Of a DNA stretch of 64,000 nt, positions 10,296 through 20,309 are shown piece after piece. The DNA lies in the NCBI GenBank assembly GCA_043803405.1, contig JAZDKB010000027.1, positions 1 to 64,000 of the forward strand, read 5' to 3'. The translations under genes were made by a program, and so were the position numbers. How positions within the stretch are numbered: position 1 is the stretch's first letter; the number at the start of each line of letters is the position of its first letter. The DNA comes from Spirochaetota bacterium. Its GTDB lineage: Bacteria; Spirochaetota; UBA4802; JAFGDQ01. Under the pieces are notes generated by a model, which was not told the DNA's origin, made no database searches, and was given only the letters and a program-made list of their open reading frames with translations.

Positions 10296-10721
10296 TTGAT
10301 ACAGATTACAAAACAAATTTCGATAAGTGAGAAAGAAATTCACGAGGAATTTATCCGCTCTTCCGGTCCCGGCGGCCAGAATGTGAACAAGGTTGCAACT
10401 GCGGTTCAGCTTCGCTTTAATGCTGCGGGATCCCCATCGCTCCCGGTTGAAGTAAGAGAAAGGCTTGTGCGTTTGGCCGGCAGACGGCTTACTTCGGACG
10501 GGGAGCTTATAATTACTGCTAAAAGATTCCGCACACAGGAGAAAAACCGGCAGGATGCTCTCGAACGACTTATTGCCATGATACGCAAAGCATGCGAAAA
10601 GCCGGTAAGCAGGAAAAAGACAAAGCCCACTGAAGCATCGCACAGGAAGCGCCTTGATATTAAACGCAGAAAAAGCAACGTAAAGAAGCAAAGACAGAAT
10701 AAAGCATCATTGGATGAATGA
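10296..10721 (+). CDS. arfB: Alternative ribosome rescue factor B (peptidyl-tRNA hydrolase ArfB/YaeJ)
   Basis: RSSGPGGQNVNKV GGQ motif and basic C-terminal tail; TTG start after AAAGGA. Confidence 0.95.
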   Translation: MIQITKQISISEKEIHEEFIRSSGPGGQNVNKVATAVQLRFNAAGSPSLPVEVRERLVRLAGRRLTSDGELIITAKRFRTQEKNRQDALERLIAMIRKACEKPVSRKKTKPTEASHRKRLDIKRRKSNVKKQRQNKASLDE

Positions 10722-10742
10722 AAATAACGGTTTATTCATCCA
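10711..10742 (+). terminator. Hairpin overlapping the arfB stop codon
   Basis: TGGATGAATGAA / TTTATTCATCCA 12-bp stem (one G-U pair), 8-nt loop; no clear U-tract. Confidence 0.35.
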
Positions 10743-10956
10743 GGGAATAGACGACCTTTATTGGTTGCTGAATGCCTTTATTCTTCTGAATAATTAAAAA
10801 CCTGGAAATAAATGATTTTGTAAATTCCTGTCTCTTGCTGCCAAGAAGAAATGTTTTTATTTTACTGCTCTCCATTATAAGAAAAAGGATCGTAGATTCT
10901 GTTTATACAATTTTGTATTTAAAATAAAAAGAAAGCCCGGTTTTTTATTTTTTTTC

Positions 10957-10985
10957 TTGATATAAACAATATCACATGATATAAT
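10957..10985 (+). promoter_or_regulatory. Sigma70-type promoter of the chemosensory operon
   Basis: TTGATA (10957-10962), 17-nt spacer, extended -10 TG-a-TATAAT (10977-10985). Confidence 0.65.
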
Positions 10986-11107
10986 TTAATATATTATTTG
11001 TATGCTTAAGATATTGTTTCAGCGCTGTAAATATATTTATTATCAGGGCCGGTTTTAAGTCCGCTCATCTCCGTTTTTACACATCCGGCAATTAAACGTT
11101 TCCGGAC

Positions 11108-11530
11108 TTGAAAATGACTGCAATTAATCACTATATTATTTTTTCTATAGACAGCGAACGTTTCGCCTTCCCCGTTGGCATAGTGGAAAGAGTGATACGC
11201 GCAGTCGAAGTGAGTCCCCTTCCCGATGCTTCTGCGAATATCATGGGAATCATCAACATGGAAGGAACTATAATATCTGTTTTTAATACACGCAGAAAAT
11301 TAGGTTTGCCCGAACGGGAGCTGAGTATTGATGACAGGTTCATTATTACGGCAGCCGGGGACCGGAAGGTTGCGATCGCGGTGGATTCCGCGGATGGCAT
11401 AATCGGGGTGCCACAAAAAGAATTGACGCCGGCCGGAGAAATAGAGGGAGGCCTGATTTACACGGAAGGCGCGATTAAAACAGGTGAAGGCGTAATTCTT
11501 ACTCTGGATATCGGGAATTTTATAAAGTAA
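11108..11530 (+). CDS. cheW: Chemotaxis adaptor CheW
   Basis: PLPDASANIMGIINMEG and IAVDSADGI CheW pattern; first gene of the che operon (start TTG 11108 or ATG 11114). Confidence 0.9.
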   Translation: MKMTAINHYIIFSIDSERFAFPVGIVERVIRAVEVSPLPDASANIMGIINMEGTIISVFNTRRKLGLPERELSIDDRFIITAAGDRKVAIAVDSADGIIGVPQKELTPAGEIEGGLIYTEGAIKTGEGVILTLDIGNFIK

Positions 11531-11547
11531 AATCCGGAGGCAGAACA

Positions 11548-13035
11548 ATGATCATTTCAATTAATCGCGAAATAATGGCTCGCCTGGCTGATGTTATATC
11601 GGAAAGGACAGGGCTTTGTTTTCCTTCCGAACGATGGACCGATCTTGAACGCGGACTGCGCAGCGCGATGCCGGAGCTTGGGTTCAGCGGCTTAACTGAA
11701 ATGTATAAATGGCTGCTGACGGCAGATCCGGTGCGGCGCGAGACGGAAATACTCGCTTCGCATCTTACCATCGGTGAAACTTATTTCTTCCGTGACAGGG
11801 CGTTCTTCAACTCGCTAAGGAATACTGTTATTCCTGAACTTGTGGATGCCAAAATAAAGACTTCGCGAAGTCTGCGTATCTGGAGCGCTGGCTGCTGTAC
11901 GGGTGAGGAACCTTACTCGGTAGCAATTATGCTCAGGGAAATTATCCCCGATATTTCAGAATGGAACATAACTCTTCTTGCTACGGACATAAACAGGCGT
12001 TTTTTAAATAAAGCGATAAACGGCATATATAATCAATGGTCGTTCAGGCAAACTTCCGATGATGTCAGGGAGAGATTTTTTGTAAATGCCGGAAATAATC
12101 TTTTCTCTATAAACAATGAAATAGTCAGCATGGTTAAGTTTTCGATACTTAATCTGGTTGAAGACGTATATCCTTCGTTATTGAATAATACAAATGCCAT
12201 GGATTTAATAATTTGCAGGAACGTACTTATGTATCTTAAGGCTGGCCAGGCTGCGGAGGTTGTCCGCAGGCTGTATAACTCTCTTGTCAGCAGAGGCCTG
12301 CTCTCAATCAGCCCTGTTGAGCATTCTGCAGCAATCGCGGAATATTTTGACGCGGAGAATATTGATGGGGTCACTTTGTACAGGAAGGCATTGAATGTCC
12401 GGCAAAAAGCAGTTAACACACAAAAGCCTGAAACAGAAAAACATGAGTCCTGGCATAATCACATTTCGGAAGTAAAGCACCCGGAGATTCAGGCTGTTAC
12501 GACTGTTATAAAGGAAACGGAATCTCAGGATGAATCCGAAAGCATACCTGATAAATGGAGCGAAGCAGGGACTTTATATAACAGCGGGGATTATACGGGA
12601 GCGATCGGAATATTGACTCAACTGGAAAAGCAGGGGCGTGCAGAGGCAAGGGAAATGGCGCTGCTCGCTTCCTGTTACGCGAACAGGGGTATGCTCGCGG
12701 ACGCGCGTTCATGGTGCGAGGCAGCGATCGTTCGGGATAAATTGAACCCGCGATTGTATTATCTTTTATCGGTGATTCTTCATGAACAGGGGGAAACAGA
12801 ACAGGCGGAGACAGCGTTCAGGAAGACTTTATACCTTGACCCGGAATTTGCACTTGCATTCTTTGCTCTCGGAAATATAGCGGCACAAAAAGGCGATTTT
12901 AAAACAGCTGAAAAACATTACAGGATTGTTCTTGAATTGCTGAAAAAATTTAATCCTGAGGATATAATTCCCGGCTCCGAAGGCATGCAGGTCGGAAAAC
13001 TTTCGGAAATAATCCGGGATTTAATAAACAGGTGA
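11548..13035 (+). CDS. cheR: CheR-type methyltransferase with C-terminal TPR repeats (WspC-like)
   Basis: TIGETYFFRD, WSAGCCTGEEPYS, ATDIN, CRNVLMY; C-terminal TPRs (LYLDPEFALAFFALG). Confidence 0.93.
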   Translation: MIISINREIMARLADVISERTGLCFPSERWTDLERGLRSAMPELGFSGLTEMYKWLLTADPVRRETEILASHLTIGETYFFRDRAFFNSLRNTVIPELVDAKIKTSRSLRIWSAGCCTGEEPYSVAIMLREIIPDISEWNITLLATDINRRFLNKAINGIYNQWSFRQTSDDVRERFFVNAGNNLFSINNEIVSMVKFSILNLVEDVYPSLLNNTNAMDLIICRNVLMYLKAGQAAEVVRRLYNSLVSRGLLSISPVEHSAAIAEYFDAENIDGVTLYRKALNVRQKAVNTQKPETEKHESWHNHISEVKHPEIQAVTTVIKETESQDESESIPDKWSEAGTLYNSGDYTGAIGILTQLEKQGRAEAREMALLASCYANRGMLADARSWCEAAIVRDKLNPRLYYLLSVILHEQGETEQAETAFRKTLYLDPEFALAFFALGNIAAQKGDFKTAEKHYRIVLELLKKFNPEDIIPGSEGMQVGKLSEIIRDLINR

Positions 13036-13041
13036 AATTTT

Positions 13042-13683
13042 ATGTACGAAAAAGGAAAAACTATAAAACCCGACTCTCCCATTGACTGGACCAATGTTCA
13101 TGCCAGGGTAAGGGAAATGGAGGCAGGGCTTGAGTCCAATTTTAAGCTGCCTCCTGAAAAAATAAAAGAACAGCTAAAGAAAAGAGCCCTGGCTCTTGCT
13201 GCGGAAAAAAGCTCAGAGAGCTGCGTGGAAGAGAGTATTAGAGTCGTGGAATTTTTACTGGCGGGAGAGCGATACGGCATAGAAACCGCATTTTTAAAGG
13301 AGGTTTACCCGCTCAGGGACATTACACCGCTTCCGGGCATTCCTGCTTTTGTTCTCGGAATTATAAATGTACGCGGGCAAATCCTTTCGGTAATCGACAT
13401 TAAAAAATTTTTTAAAATGCCGGATAAAGGCCTTTCGGATCTGAATAAAGTCATAATCGCGCAGAAAAAGGGGATGGAACTCGGCATTCTCGCGGATGCC
13501 ATCATGGGGGAACGCGAGGTTAAGGTTTTCGATTTACAAACTACTATGCCTGCTTTCACCGGAATACGCGCTGAATATCTTCGCGGCGTTACGCAGGACA
13601 GGTTTATTATACTGGATATGGAACATATTTTAGATGACCCCAATATTATCGTGGATGGAAAAGATTACAAAGGAGGTTCATAA
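13042..13683 (+). CDS. cheW: Second CheW with N-terminal extension
   Basis: ITPLPGIPAFVLGIINVRGQILSVID, GILADAI. Confidence 0.92.
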   Translation: MYEKGKTIKPDSPIDWTNVHARVREMEAGLESNFKLPPEKIKEQLKKRALALAAEKSSESCVEESIRVVEFLLAGERYGIETAFLKEVYPLRDITPLPGIPAFVLGIINVRGQILSVIDIKKFFKMPDKGLSDLNKVIIAQKKGMELGILADAIMGEREVKVFDLQTTMPAFTGIRAEYLRGVTQDRFIILDMEHILDDPNIIVDGKDYKGGS

Positions 13684-15179
13684 TGGGAAATTTTACTAAG
13701 CTTGGAACACGAAGCAAATTAATCATGAGTTTCGGATTAATTATTCTTATGCTGCTCATGGTCATAGCAGCTTCTTTTATAAGCATAAGGACTATTGTGC
13801 ACTCACAAAGTATTATTTTCGAAAAAGATTTTTCTGAAGTAATTAATATACTCCAGGTGCGCAGTAGCCAGAACAGAGCCAGGGCACTGGTGCTGGAGCT
13901 TATGCTTTCAAAAAATCCCGCTGACCGGCAGTCAATAGAAAGTGAACTTTCATCCTCTATAGATCAGATCGATAAATCGATGAAAACTTTGATTGGCCTT
14001 AACAGCGATAATTCTTCAGTTTTAAAGCAATTATATGATCTGGAATCAATTATAAACGCTTATAGAAATGGGCGTAGCCAGGAGATCACTCTGATAAAGC
14101 AGGGCAGAGTGATCGAAGCCCAGGTGATCGGGAGCGGCATTCAGGCTGAACGGTATGAAAAATTACATGACCATTTGTTAAAATTAACCGACATGACGGT
14201 TCAGGAGGCAAAGCTTTATGCGGATAAATCGTTAAGCTCTGCTAATTTTACCATGATATTCATGATTATTTTCGGAATAGTCGCGGTTGTCGTTTGCTTT
14301 TTTATTATACGCACAATATTTAACAGCCTGAAACGGATAACTGCAGACATCGGCAGTGTGGTAGAGTCTCTGGGTTCGTCCGCAGGTGAAATAGTAACAA
14401 CTACCTCACAGGTAGCCGCAAGCGCATCGGAGACATCCGCAGCTGTTACACAGACAACTGCAACGGTGGAAGAGGTACGGCAGACGGCGCAGCTCGCGCA
14501 CCAGAAAGCGCGCGATGTTCAGGATTCGGCGAAAAGGACTGCCGAGGCAGCTGAAAAAGGGAAACAGGCCGCGGCCGAGACAGTAGAGGGAATGAACCGC
14601 ATACACGGGCAGATGAGCGCGATAGCCGGCATTGTGATTAAGCTCAGTGAACAGGGCCAGGTAATAGGCGAAATAACCACAACAGTAAATGACCTTGCAG
14701 ATCAGTCCAATATTCTTGCAGTGAACGCGGCAATTGAGGCAGTGAAAGCCGGCGAGCAGGGGCTTGGATTTTCTGTTGTAGCGCAGGAGATAAAGAGCCT
14801 GGCCGAGCAGTCGAAACAGGCTACAGCCCAGGTACGCGCGATATTGAACGACGTTCAAAAAGCAGTGAACCAGGCTGTCATGGCCACGGAGCAGGGGACC
14901 AAAGCGGTCGAAGCCGGAGGAAAGCTTGCGGATCAGAGCGGGGAGGCGATACGGCAATTGACAGAAAACGTGAACGAGGCAGCGCAGGCAGCGACCCAGA
15001 TTGCGGCTTCAAGCCAACAGCAAATGGCAGGCATGGATCAGGTTGCGCCTGCCATGGAAAGCATTAAACAGGCAATGGTACAGAATACGGCGAGCACGCG
15101 GCAGTCGGAACAGGCAGCGCAGAACCTGCACGAAATGGGCCTTAAACTTAAAGATCTTGTGGAGAAATTCCAGGTATAG
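13683..15179 (+). CDS. Methyl-accepting chemotaxis protein (four-helix-bundle-type sensor)
   Basis: Two TM segments and the signalling hairpin LADQSNILAVNAAIEAVKAGEQGLGFSVVAQEIKSLA; no C-terminal pentapeptide. Confidence 0.95.
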   Translation: MGNFTKLGTRSKLIMSFGLIILMLLMVIAASFISIRTIVHSQSIIFEKDFSEVINILQVRSSQNRARALVLELMLSKNPADRQSIESELSSSIDQIDKSMKTLIGLNSDNSSVLKQLYDLESIINAYRNGRSQEITLIKQGRVIEAQVIGSGIQAERYEKLHDHLLKLTDMTVQEAKLYADKSLSSANFTMIFMIIFGIVAVVVCFFIIRTIFNSLKRITADIGSVVESLGSSAGEIVTTTSQVAASASETSAAVTQTTATVEEVRQTAQLAHQKARDVQDSAKRTAEAAEKGKQAAAETVEGMNRIHGQMSAIAGIVIKLSEQGQVIGEITTTVNDLADQSNILAVNAAIEAVKAGEQGLGFSVVAQEIKSLAEQSKQATAQVRAILNDVQKAVNQAVMATEQGTKAVEAGGKLADQSGEAIRQLTENVNEAAQAATQIAASSQQQMAGMDQVAPAMESIKQAMVQNTASTRQSEQAAQNLHEMGLKLKDLVEKFQV

Positions 15180-15190
15180 GGTTATTTATA

Positions 15191-17341
15191 ATGGGGAATA
15201 AACAGGAAGAGTTTATGAAAAGACTGCTGGAGGATTTCAAGATTGAGGCAGCGGAACATTACAGGATCATTTTAAACGGTCTTCTGGAACTGGAAAAAAG
15301 CCCCGGCCATGAAAAAGAGAATGAAATAGTCGAGGCGGTCTTCCGTGAGGTTCATAGCCTTAAGGGCGCAGCGCGGGCGGTAAGTCTTTCGCAGGTTGAA
15401 CGGTTGTGCTCCCATGTTGAGGACGTATTCTCAAGGTTAAAGAAAAATGAACTTACGCTTGATCCCCCGCTTTTTGATGCGCTGCATGCCTCGGTCGATA
15501 TTCTTGATACGCTCCTCGCAAAAGCAGCCGGAGGCGAGGGAGCAGATCTAAAGGAAATTTCCGGTGTCATAAACATGCTCGAAAAAATGCCAAAGGATGA
15601 AACCCCCTGTGTCCCGAAAGCGGCGCACAGGCTGCCGGAAGCGTCAGCCTCCAGTGAAACGGTGCGCATTTCAAGCGCCAAACTCGGCGGACTGCTTTTG
15701 CAGGCCGAAGAACTGATAACCGCCAAACTTGCAGGCAGGGAACACGCCGCCGAACTGCGGAGGGTACGTTCGCAGTTAAGTGGCTTGGCAAAAAATTTTG
15801 AAAGCGCTATGGCCCCGAGTCAGAATGAATTTTTCAAATCCGTGGAATATAATCTGAAATCCATAAATGCGAATATTGACCAGGACAACCGCACACTAGG
15901 CCGTAATGTGGATATTCTTGTGAATGAAATAAAAAAAACTCTCATGTTCCCGTTCTCATCCTGCCTTGAATTTATGCCGAAACTTGTCCGGGATCTCAGC
16001 CGCGACAGCGGCAAGGAAGTGAATTTAACAGTCACAGGCTCGGAAATAGAAATGGACAGGAGAATACTTGAGGAGATCAAGGACCCGCTCATTCACCTTA
16101 TCCGCAATTGTATTGATTACGGCATAGAAAAACCTGAAGCAAGGAAAGCGAAAAATAAGCCTGCCGAGGGAGCAATAATGGTCTCGGTGTCGCTTAAAAC
16201 TAACCGCCAGGCCGAGATAACAGTTTCGGACGATGGGGCAGGGGTCGATATTCCAAAGGTCATTGCCGCGGCGGTAAAATCCGGAATAGTCACTGCCGAA
16301 TCCGCAGGAAAAATGACGGAAGCCGAAGTATTGAACTTGATATTTCATACGGGTCTCTCGACGAGCCCTATAATAACCGATATTTCCGGAAGGGGACTTG
16401 GACTCGCTATTGTCCTTGAGAAAGCTGAAAAACTAGGTGGTTCGGTTTCAGTGGAATCCGCGGCGGACGCGGGCACCACTTTCCGCATTGTGCTTCCCCT
16501 GATGCTTGCAAGTTTCAGGGGCGTAGCGGTTGAAATCCGTGGGCGCACATTTTTAATACCGTTAAAGAACCTTGTAAGGGTGATGCGTGTAAAACAGGAA
16601 GATATTAAAACAGTCGAGAACAGGGATACAGTTAAAATGAACGGTCAGGTATTAGGACTTTTTGATCTCGGAGCTTCTCTTGGACTTTCCGGGCTGTCAC
16701 ATGCATGGCAGGACGGTGAATTTTTGCCTGTTCTGGTAGTTTCATACGCAAGAAAAAACATGGCTTTTCTGGTGGATAATATCATCGGCGAAGAGGAAGG
16801 CCTCATCAAGAATCTCGGATCTCAGCTTAAACATGTACGGAATATTGCAGGCGCAACCCTGGCCGGCAGCGGAAGGGTGATGCCGATCATTGATATTGCC
16901 GACCTGATTGAATCGGCCCCTGCCGGAGGCGCCGAAGTTGGGCTTTTGCCGCAGGAGGGTGAGCAAGTTCAAAAGAAACACGAAATCCTGGTTGCCGAGG
17001 ATTCGATAACGGCCCGCAACCTGCTGAAAAATATTCTAGAATCGGCAGGTTATACTGTCGGCACAGCCGTGGATGGCATGGATGCCTTTACCTCGCTTCG
17101 CGGCAGGGAATACGACCTGTTGGTTTCGGATGTGGATATGCCGCGTATGAACGGTTTTGATCTCACGTCGCGCATACGCGGCGACGCGAAGCTCGCGAAG
17201 CTGCCTGTTGTGCTTGTTACAGCTCTTGAATCGCGCGAGGACAGGGAGCGCGGCATAGACTCCGGAGCTGACGCGTATATTGTTAAAAGCGGGTTCGACC
17301 AGGCCAGTCTGCTCGATACAATACGAAGATTAATCGTGTAA
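15191..17341 (+). CDS. cheA: CheA-receiver hybrid kinase (HPt-dimer-HATPase-CheW-REC)
   Basis: FREVHSLKGAA HPt, HLIRN, DDGAG, SGRGLGL, CheW-like domain, C-terminal REC (SDVDMP). Confidence 0.95.
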   Translation: MGNKQEEFMKRLLEDFKIEAAEHYRIILNGLLELEKSPGHEKENEIVEAVFREVHSLKGAARAVSLSQVERLCSHVEDVFSRLKKNELTLDPPLFDALHASVDILDTLLAKAAGGEGADLKEISGVINMLEKMPKDETPCVPKAAHRLPEASASSETVRISSAKLGGLLLQAEELITAKLAGREHAAELRRVRSQLSGLAKNFESAMAPSQNEFFKSVEYNLKSINANIDQDNRTLGRNVDILVNEIKKTLMFPFSSCLEFMPKLVRDLSRDSGKEVNLTVTGSEIEMDRRILEEIKDPLIHLIRNCIDYGIEKPEARKAKNKPAEGAIMVSVSLKTNRQAEITVSDDGAGVDIPKVIAAAVKSGIVTAESAGKMTEAEVLNLIFHTGLSTSPIITDISGRGLGLAIVLEKAEKLGGSVSVESAADAGTTFRIVLPLMLASFRGVAVEIRGRTFLIPLKNLVRVMRVKQEDIKTVENRDTVKMNGQVLGLFDLGASLGLSGLSHAWQDGEFLPVLVVSYARKNMAFLVDNIIGEEEGLIKNLGSQLKHVRNIAGATLAGSGRVMPIIDIADLIESAPAGGAEVGLLPQEGEQVQKKHEILVAEDSITARNLLKNILESAGYTVGTAVDGMDAFTSLRGREYDLLVSDVDMPRMNGFDLTSRIRGDAKLAKLPVVLVTALESREDRERGIDSGADAYIVKSGFDQASLLDTIRRLIV

Positions 17342-17352
17342 GGACGCAACTA

Positions 17353-18423
17353 ATGATCAAAGCACTTGTTGTAGAAGATTCAGCGGTTGTCAGGGAATAT
17401 CTGATACATATTTTAAATTCCGATCCGGAGATCATTGTAATCGGATCTGCGGTCAATGGTGAAGAAGCTATCGCGTTTTTAAAGAATACTATCCCTGATG
17501 TGATCACTATGGATATCCATATGCCGCGTATGGACGGCTTTGAGGCCACGCGCCGCATTATGGAAACAACACCGGTACCGATCGTAATAGTCAGCGGCAG
17601 CACAAACCGTTCCGAGGTCGCAATAACAATGCAGGCACTTGAAGCCGGGGCGCTTACTTTTATTGCGCGTCCCCTTGGCATCGGCAGCCCAGGTTATAAA
17701 GAGGAAGCCGAGACATTTAATAAAACAGTGAAATTAATGTCCGAAATTAAGGTCGTGCACAGATGGAACAGCGCTACAAAAGGACGCTTTACACAGGCTG
17801 CCGGCACGGACTATCGAAAACCTGTGGATAAAAAGACCATTGATGCTGAAATCGATATGATCGCGATAGGGGCATCGACAGGCGGCCCGATAGCGATAAA
17901 GAAAATTCTGAGTATCCTGCCCGGGACTGTGCCTGCACCGATACTTATAGTTCAGCATATATCGCTAGGATTCGTGTACGGCATGGCGGACTGGCTGAAC
18001 AGAGATTCAATTAGCAGTGTTAGCGTCGCTTCGCATGGGGAAACCGTTTATCCGGGTCACGCGTACCTGGCTCCTGACGGCTTTCACATGGGCATTACAA
18101 CTGAAGGACGTATTATTCTTGCAAACGGTGAGCCTGAGTACGGACTTCGTCCCTCGGTTTCATTCCTTTTTCGTTCGGTACTGAATTCGTACGGGAAACG
18201 TGCTTCGGGCGTGCTGTTAACTGGAATGGGTAAGGACGGTGCGCTGGAACTTCTTCAAATGAGAAAAAACGGCTGCCTTACCTTCGCCCAGAACGAGGCA
18301 AGTTCGGTAGTGAACGGGATGCCCGGCGAAGCAGTGAGACTTGACGCGGCGGATTTTGTACTGTCGCCGGAGGAAATCGCAGTCACCCTTGGGAAAATAG
18401 TTGCACTGAAAAGGAGGCCTTAA
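17353..18423 (+). CDS. cheB: Chemotaxis methylesterase CheB (REC + methylesterase)
   Basis: REC (MDIHMP); GASTGGP, VQH and LTGMGKDG catalytic Ser-His-Asp. Confidence 0.95.
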   Translation: MIKALVVEDSAVVREYLIHILNSDPEIIVIGSAVNGEEAIAFLKNTIPDVITMDIHMPRMDGFEATRRIMETTPVPIVIVSGSTNRSEVAITMQALEAGALTFIARPLGIGSPGYKEEAETFNKTVKLMSEIKVVHRWNSATKGRFTQAAGTDYRKPVDKKTIDAEIDMIAIGASTGGPIAIKKILSILPGTVPAPILIVQHISLGFVYGMADWLNRDSISSVSVASHGETVYPGHAYLAPDGFHMGITTEGRIILANGEPEYGLRPSVSFLFRSVLNSYGKRASGVLLTGMGKDGALELLQMRKNGCLTFAQNEASSVVNGMPGEAVRLDAADFVLSPEEIAVTLGKIVALKRRP

Positions 18424-18424
18424 T

Positions 18425-19876
18425 ATGGACAGATCAGCGGATACATCGAACATCGTGAACAATGTCATTGTTGCCGAAGACAGTCCTGTACAGGCAAAGA
18501 TGCTCAAAAATCTTCTGGAAGAAAACGGATACAGGGTAACCTTAGCTGCCAACGGCGCGGAAGCTCTGCAAGCTGTAAAAAATACTCCGCCAATACTTAT
18601 TATCAGCGATATTCTGATGCCCGTAATGGACGGATATAAATTATGTTCATCAGTAAAGGCCGACCCGGAACTTAAGTATATCCCCGTCATTCTCCTCACC
18701 AGCCTGACCGATCCTTACGATATTATCAAGGGTTTGCAGGCCGGAGCGGACAATTTCCTGACCAAACCTTTTAATGAAAATTATCTCCTTACACGTATCC
18801 AGTATTTGCTTCTTAACAGGGAACTGCGAAAACACGGGAAAGCCGAAATGACTTTTGAGATCCTGTTCAGGGGAGAGAAGTATGTAATAAACTCCGACAA
18901 ACAGCAGATACTGGACTTATTACTTTCGGTTTATGAAACTGCAATCGAAAAAAACGACGAACTGGCAGCCATAAGAGAGGAACTGCAGATACTCAACGAG
19001 GGTCTGGAAGAGCGCGTGCGTGAACGTACAGCTGAAATAAGGAACGAGATTGCCGAGCGTATAAAGGCCGAGGAAGAATTGAAAAAATACCAGGCTCATC
19101 TTACGGAACTGGTCAAAGAGAGGACAGAGAAGCTCGAGGTCGCTGTAGCCGCAGCTGACGAAGCGAACCGCGCCAAATCGGATTTTTTAGCCAATATGAG
19201 CCACGAGCTCCGCACCCCGCTTAATTCGATCATAGGATTTTCCGAAGTGCTGCAGGATAGCATGTTCGGCGACCTGAACGAAAAGCAATTGTCATATCTG
19301 CATTACATTGAATCGAGCTCGCATCATCTCCTTGATCTTATTAATGATATTCTGGATCTTTCTAAAGTGGAAGCCGGTAAAATGGAGCTTGAAGTATCTT
19401 CCATGAATGTTAACGAGACCGCACAAATGGCTATTTCCATGGTCTGCGAGAAAGCAATAAAGCACAGGATAGATCTTTCGCTTAAAATAGAGCCGGATGC
19501 GGATATCAGCTTAGAAGCGGATCAGAGAAAAATAAAACAAGTGCTGTTCAACCTGCTTTCCAACGCAGTGAAATTCACGCCCGACGGAGGCAAGGTGGCC
19601 CTTTTGATCGGACGGACGCATCCTGAAAATGATTCATTAATGGTAACGGTGACAGATACAGGGGTGGGCATTAAACCGGAAGAGATCGGAAAGCTGTTCC
19701 AGGAGTTCACTCAGCTCGAGTCCTCGCTTGAAAAGCGATACGAAGGAACAGGGCTTGGGCTGGCGCTTTCAAAAAAGCTGGTAGAGCTTCACGGAGGGGA
19801 AATATCGGTTAAAAGCGAATTCGGTAAAGGCTCTTCTTTCTCTTTTACAATCCCGCTTCGCAGGAGCGGTTTATGA
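18425..19876 (+). CDS. REC-HisKA-HATPase hybrid kinase (output of che operon)
   Basis: N-terminal REC (SDILMP), [35 protein letters not shown]. Confidence 0.93.
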   Translation: MDRSADTSNIVNNVIVAEDSPVQAKMLKNLLEENGYRVTLAANGAEALQAVKNTPPILIISDILMPVMDGYKLCSSVKADPELKYIPVILLTSLTDPYDIIKGLQAGADNFLTKPFNENYLLTRIQYLLLNRELRKHGKAEMTFEILFRGEKYVINSDKQQILDLLLSVYETAIEKNDELAAIREELQILNEGLEERVRERTAEIRNEIAERIKAEEELKKYQAHLTELVKERTEKLEVAVAAADEANRAKSDFLANMSHELRTPLNSIIGFSEVLQDSMFGDLNEKQLSYLHYIESSSHHLLDLINDILDLSKVEAGKMELEVSSMNVNETAQMAISMVCEKAIKHRIDLSLKIEPDADISLEADQRKIKQVLFNLLSNAVKFTPDGGKVALLIGRTHPENDSLMVTVTDTGVGIKPEEIGKLFQEFTQLESSLEKRYEGTGLGLALSKKLVELHGGEISVKSEFGKGSSFSFTIPLRRSGL

Positions 19877-19908
19877 AGAGCGATAAAGTGGAAAAAATGA
19901 GGTAAATA

Positions 19909-20274
19909 ATGCCATATAAAATTTTAATTGTTGAAGATAATTCGGCCAACCGGCTGCTTTTAAGGGATATTCTCGTGTATCATGGTTATGAAATCATTGA
20001 AGCGGAAAACGGCGCGGATGGAATAAAGGCTGCCATAGAGCAAACGCCGGATATTATCCTTATGGATCTTCAAATGCCGGTGATGAACGGGTATTCCGCT
20101 ATTCGGGAACTGAAATGCAATTCGGTTGCAAAAAACATCAAGATAATAGCAATTACATCTTTTGCCATGATAGGCGACAAGGAAAAGGCAATGGAATGCG
20201 GCGCGGATGAATATATCGGGAAACCGATAAACACAAGGACTTTGCCGGATATGATTAAAAACATGTTGAAGTGA
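19909..20274 (+). CDS. Single-domain response regulator (CheY/DivK-like)
   Basis: VEDN, LMDLQMP, ITS, KP. Confidence 0.93.
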   Translation: MPYKILIVEDNSANRLLLRDILVYHGYEIIEAENGADGIKAAIEQTPDIILMDLQMPVMNGYSAIRELKCNSVAKNIKIIAITSFAMIGDKEKAMECGADEYIGKPINTRTLPDMIKNMLK

Positions 20275-20309
20275 GCGGTGATAATTTTCCTTTTAATATA
20301 TTTTAAGAA

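Noticed and set aside
10732..10875. 47-codon minus-strand ORF ending SLDE like ArfB
   Set aside because: The similarity comes from the inverted repeat at the arfB stop; no RBS or family features.
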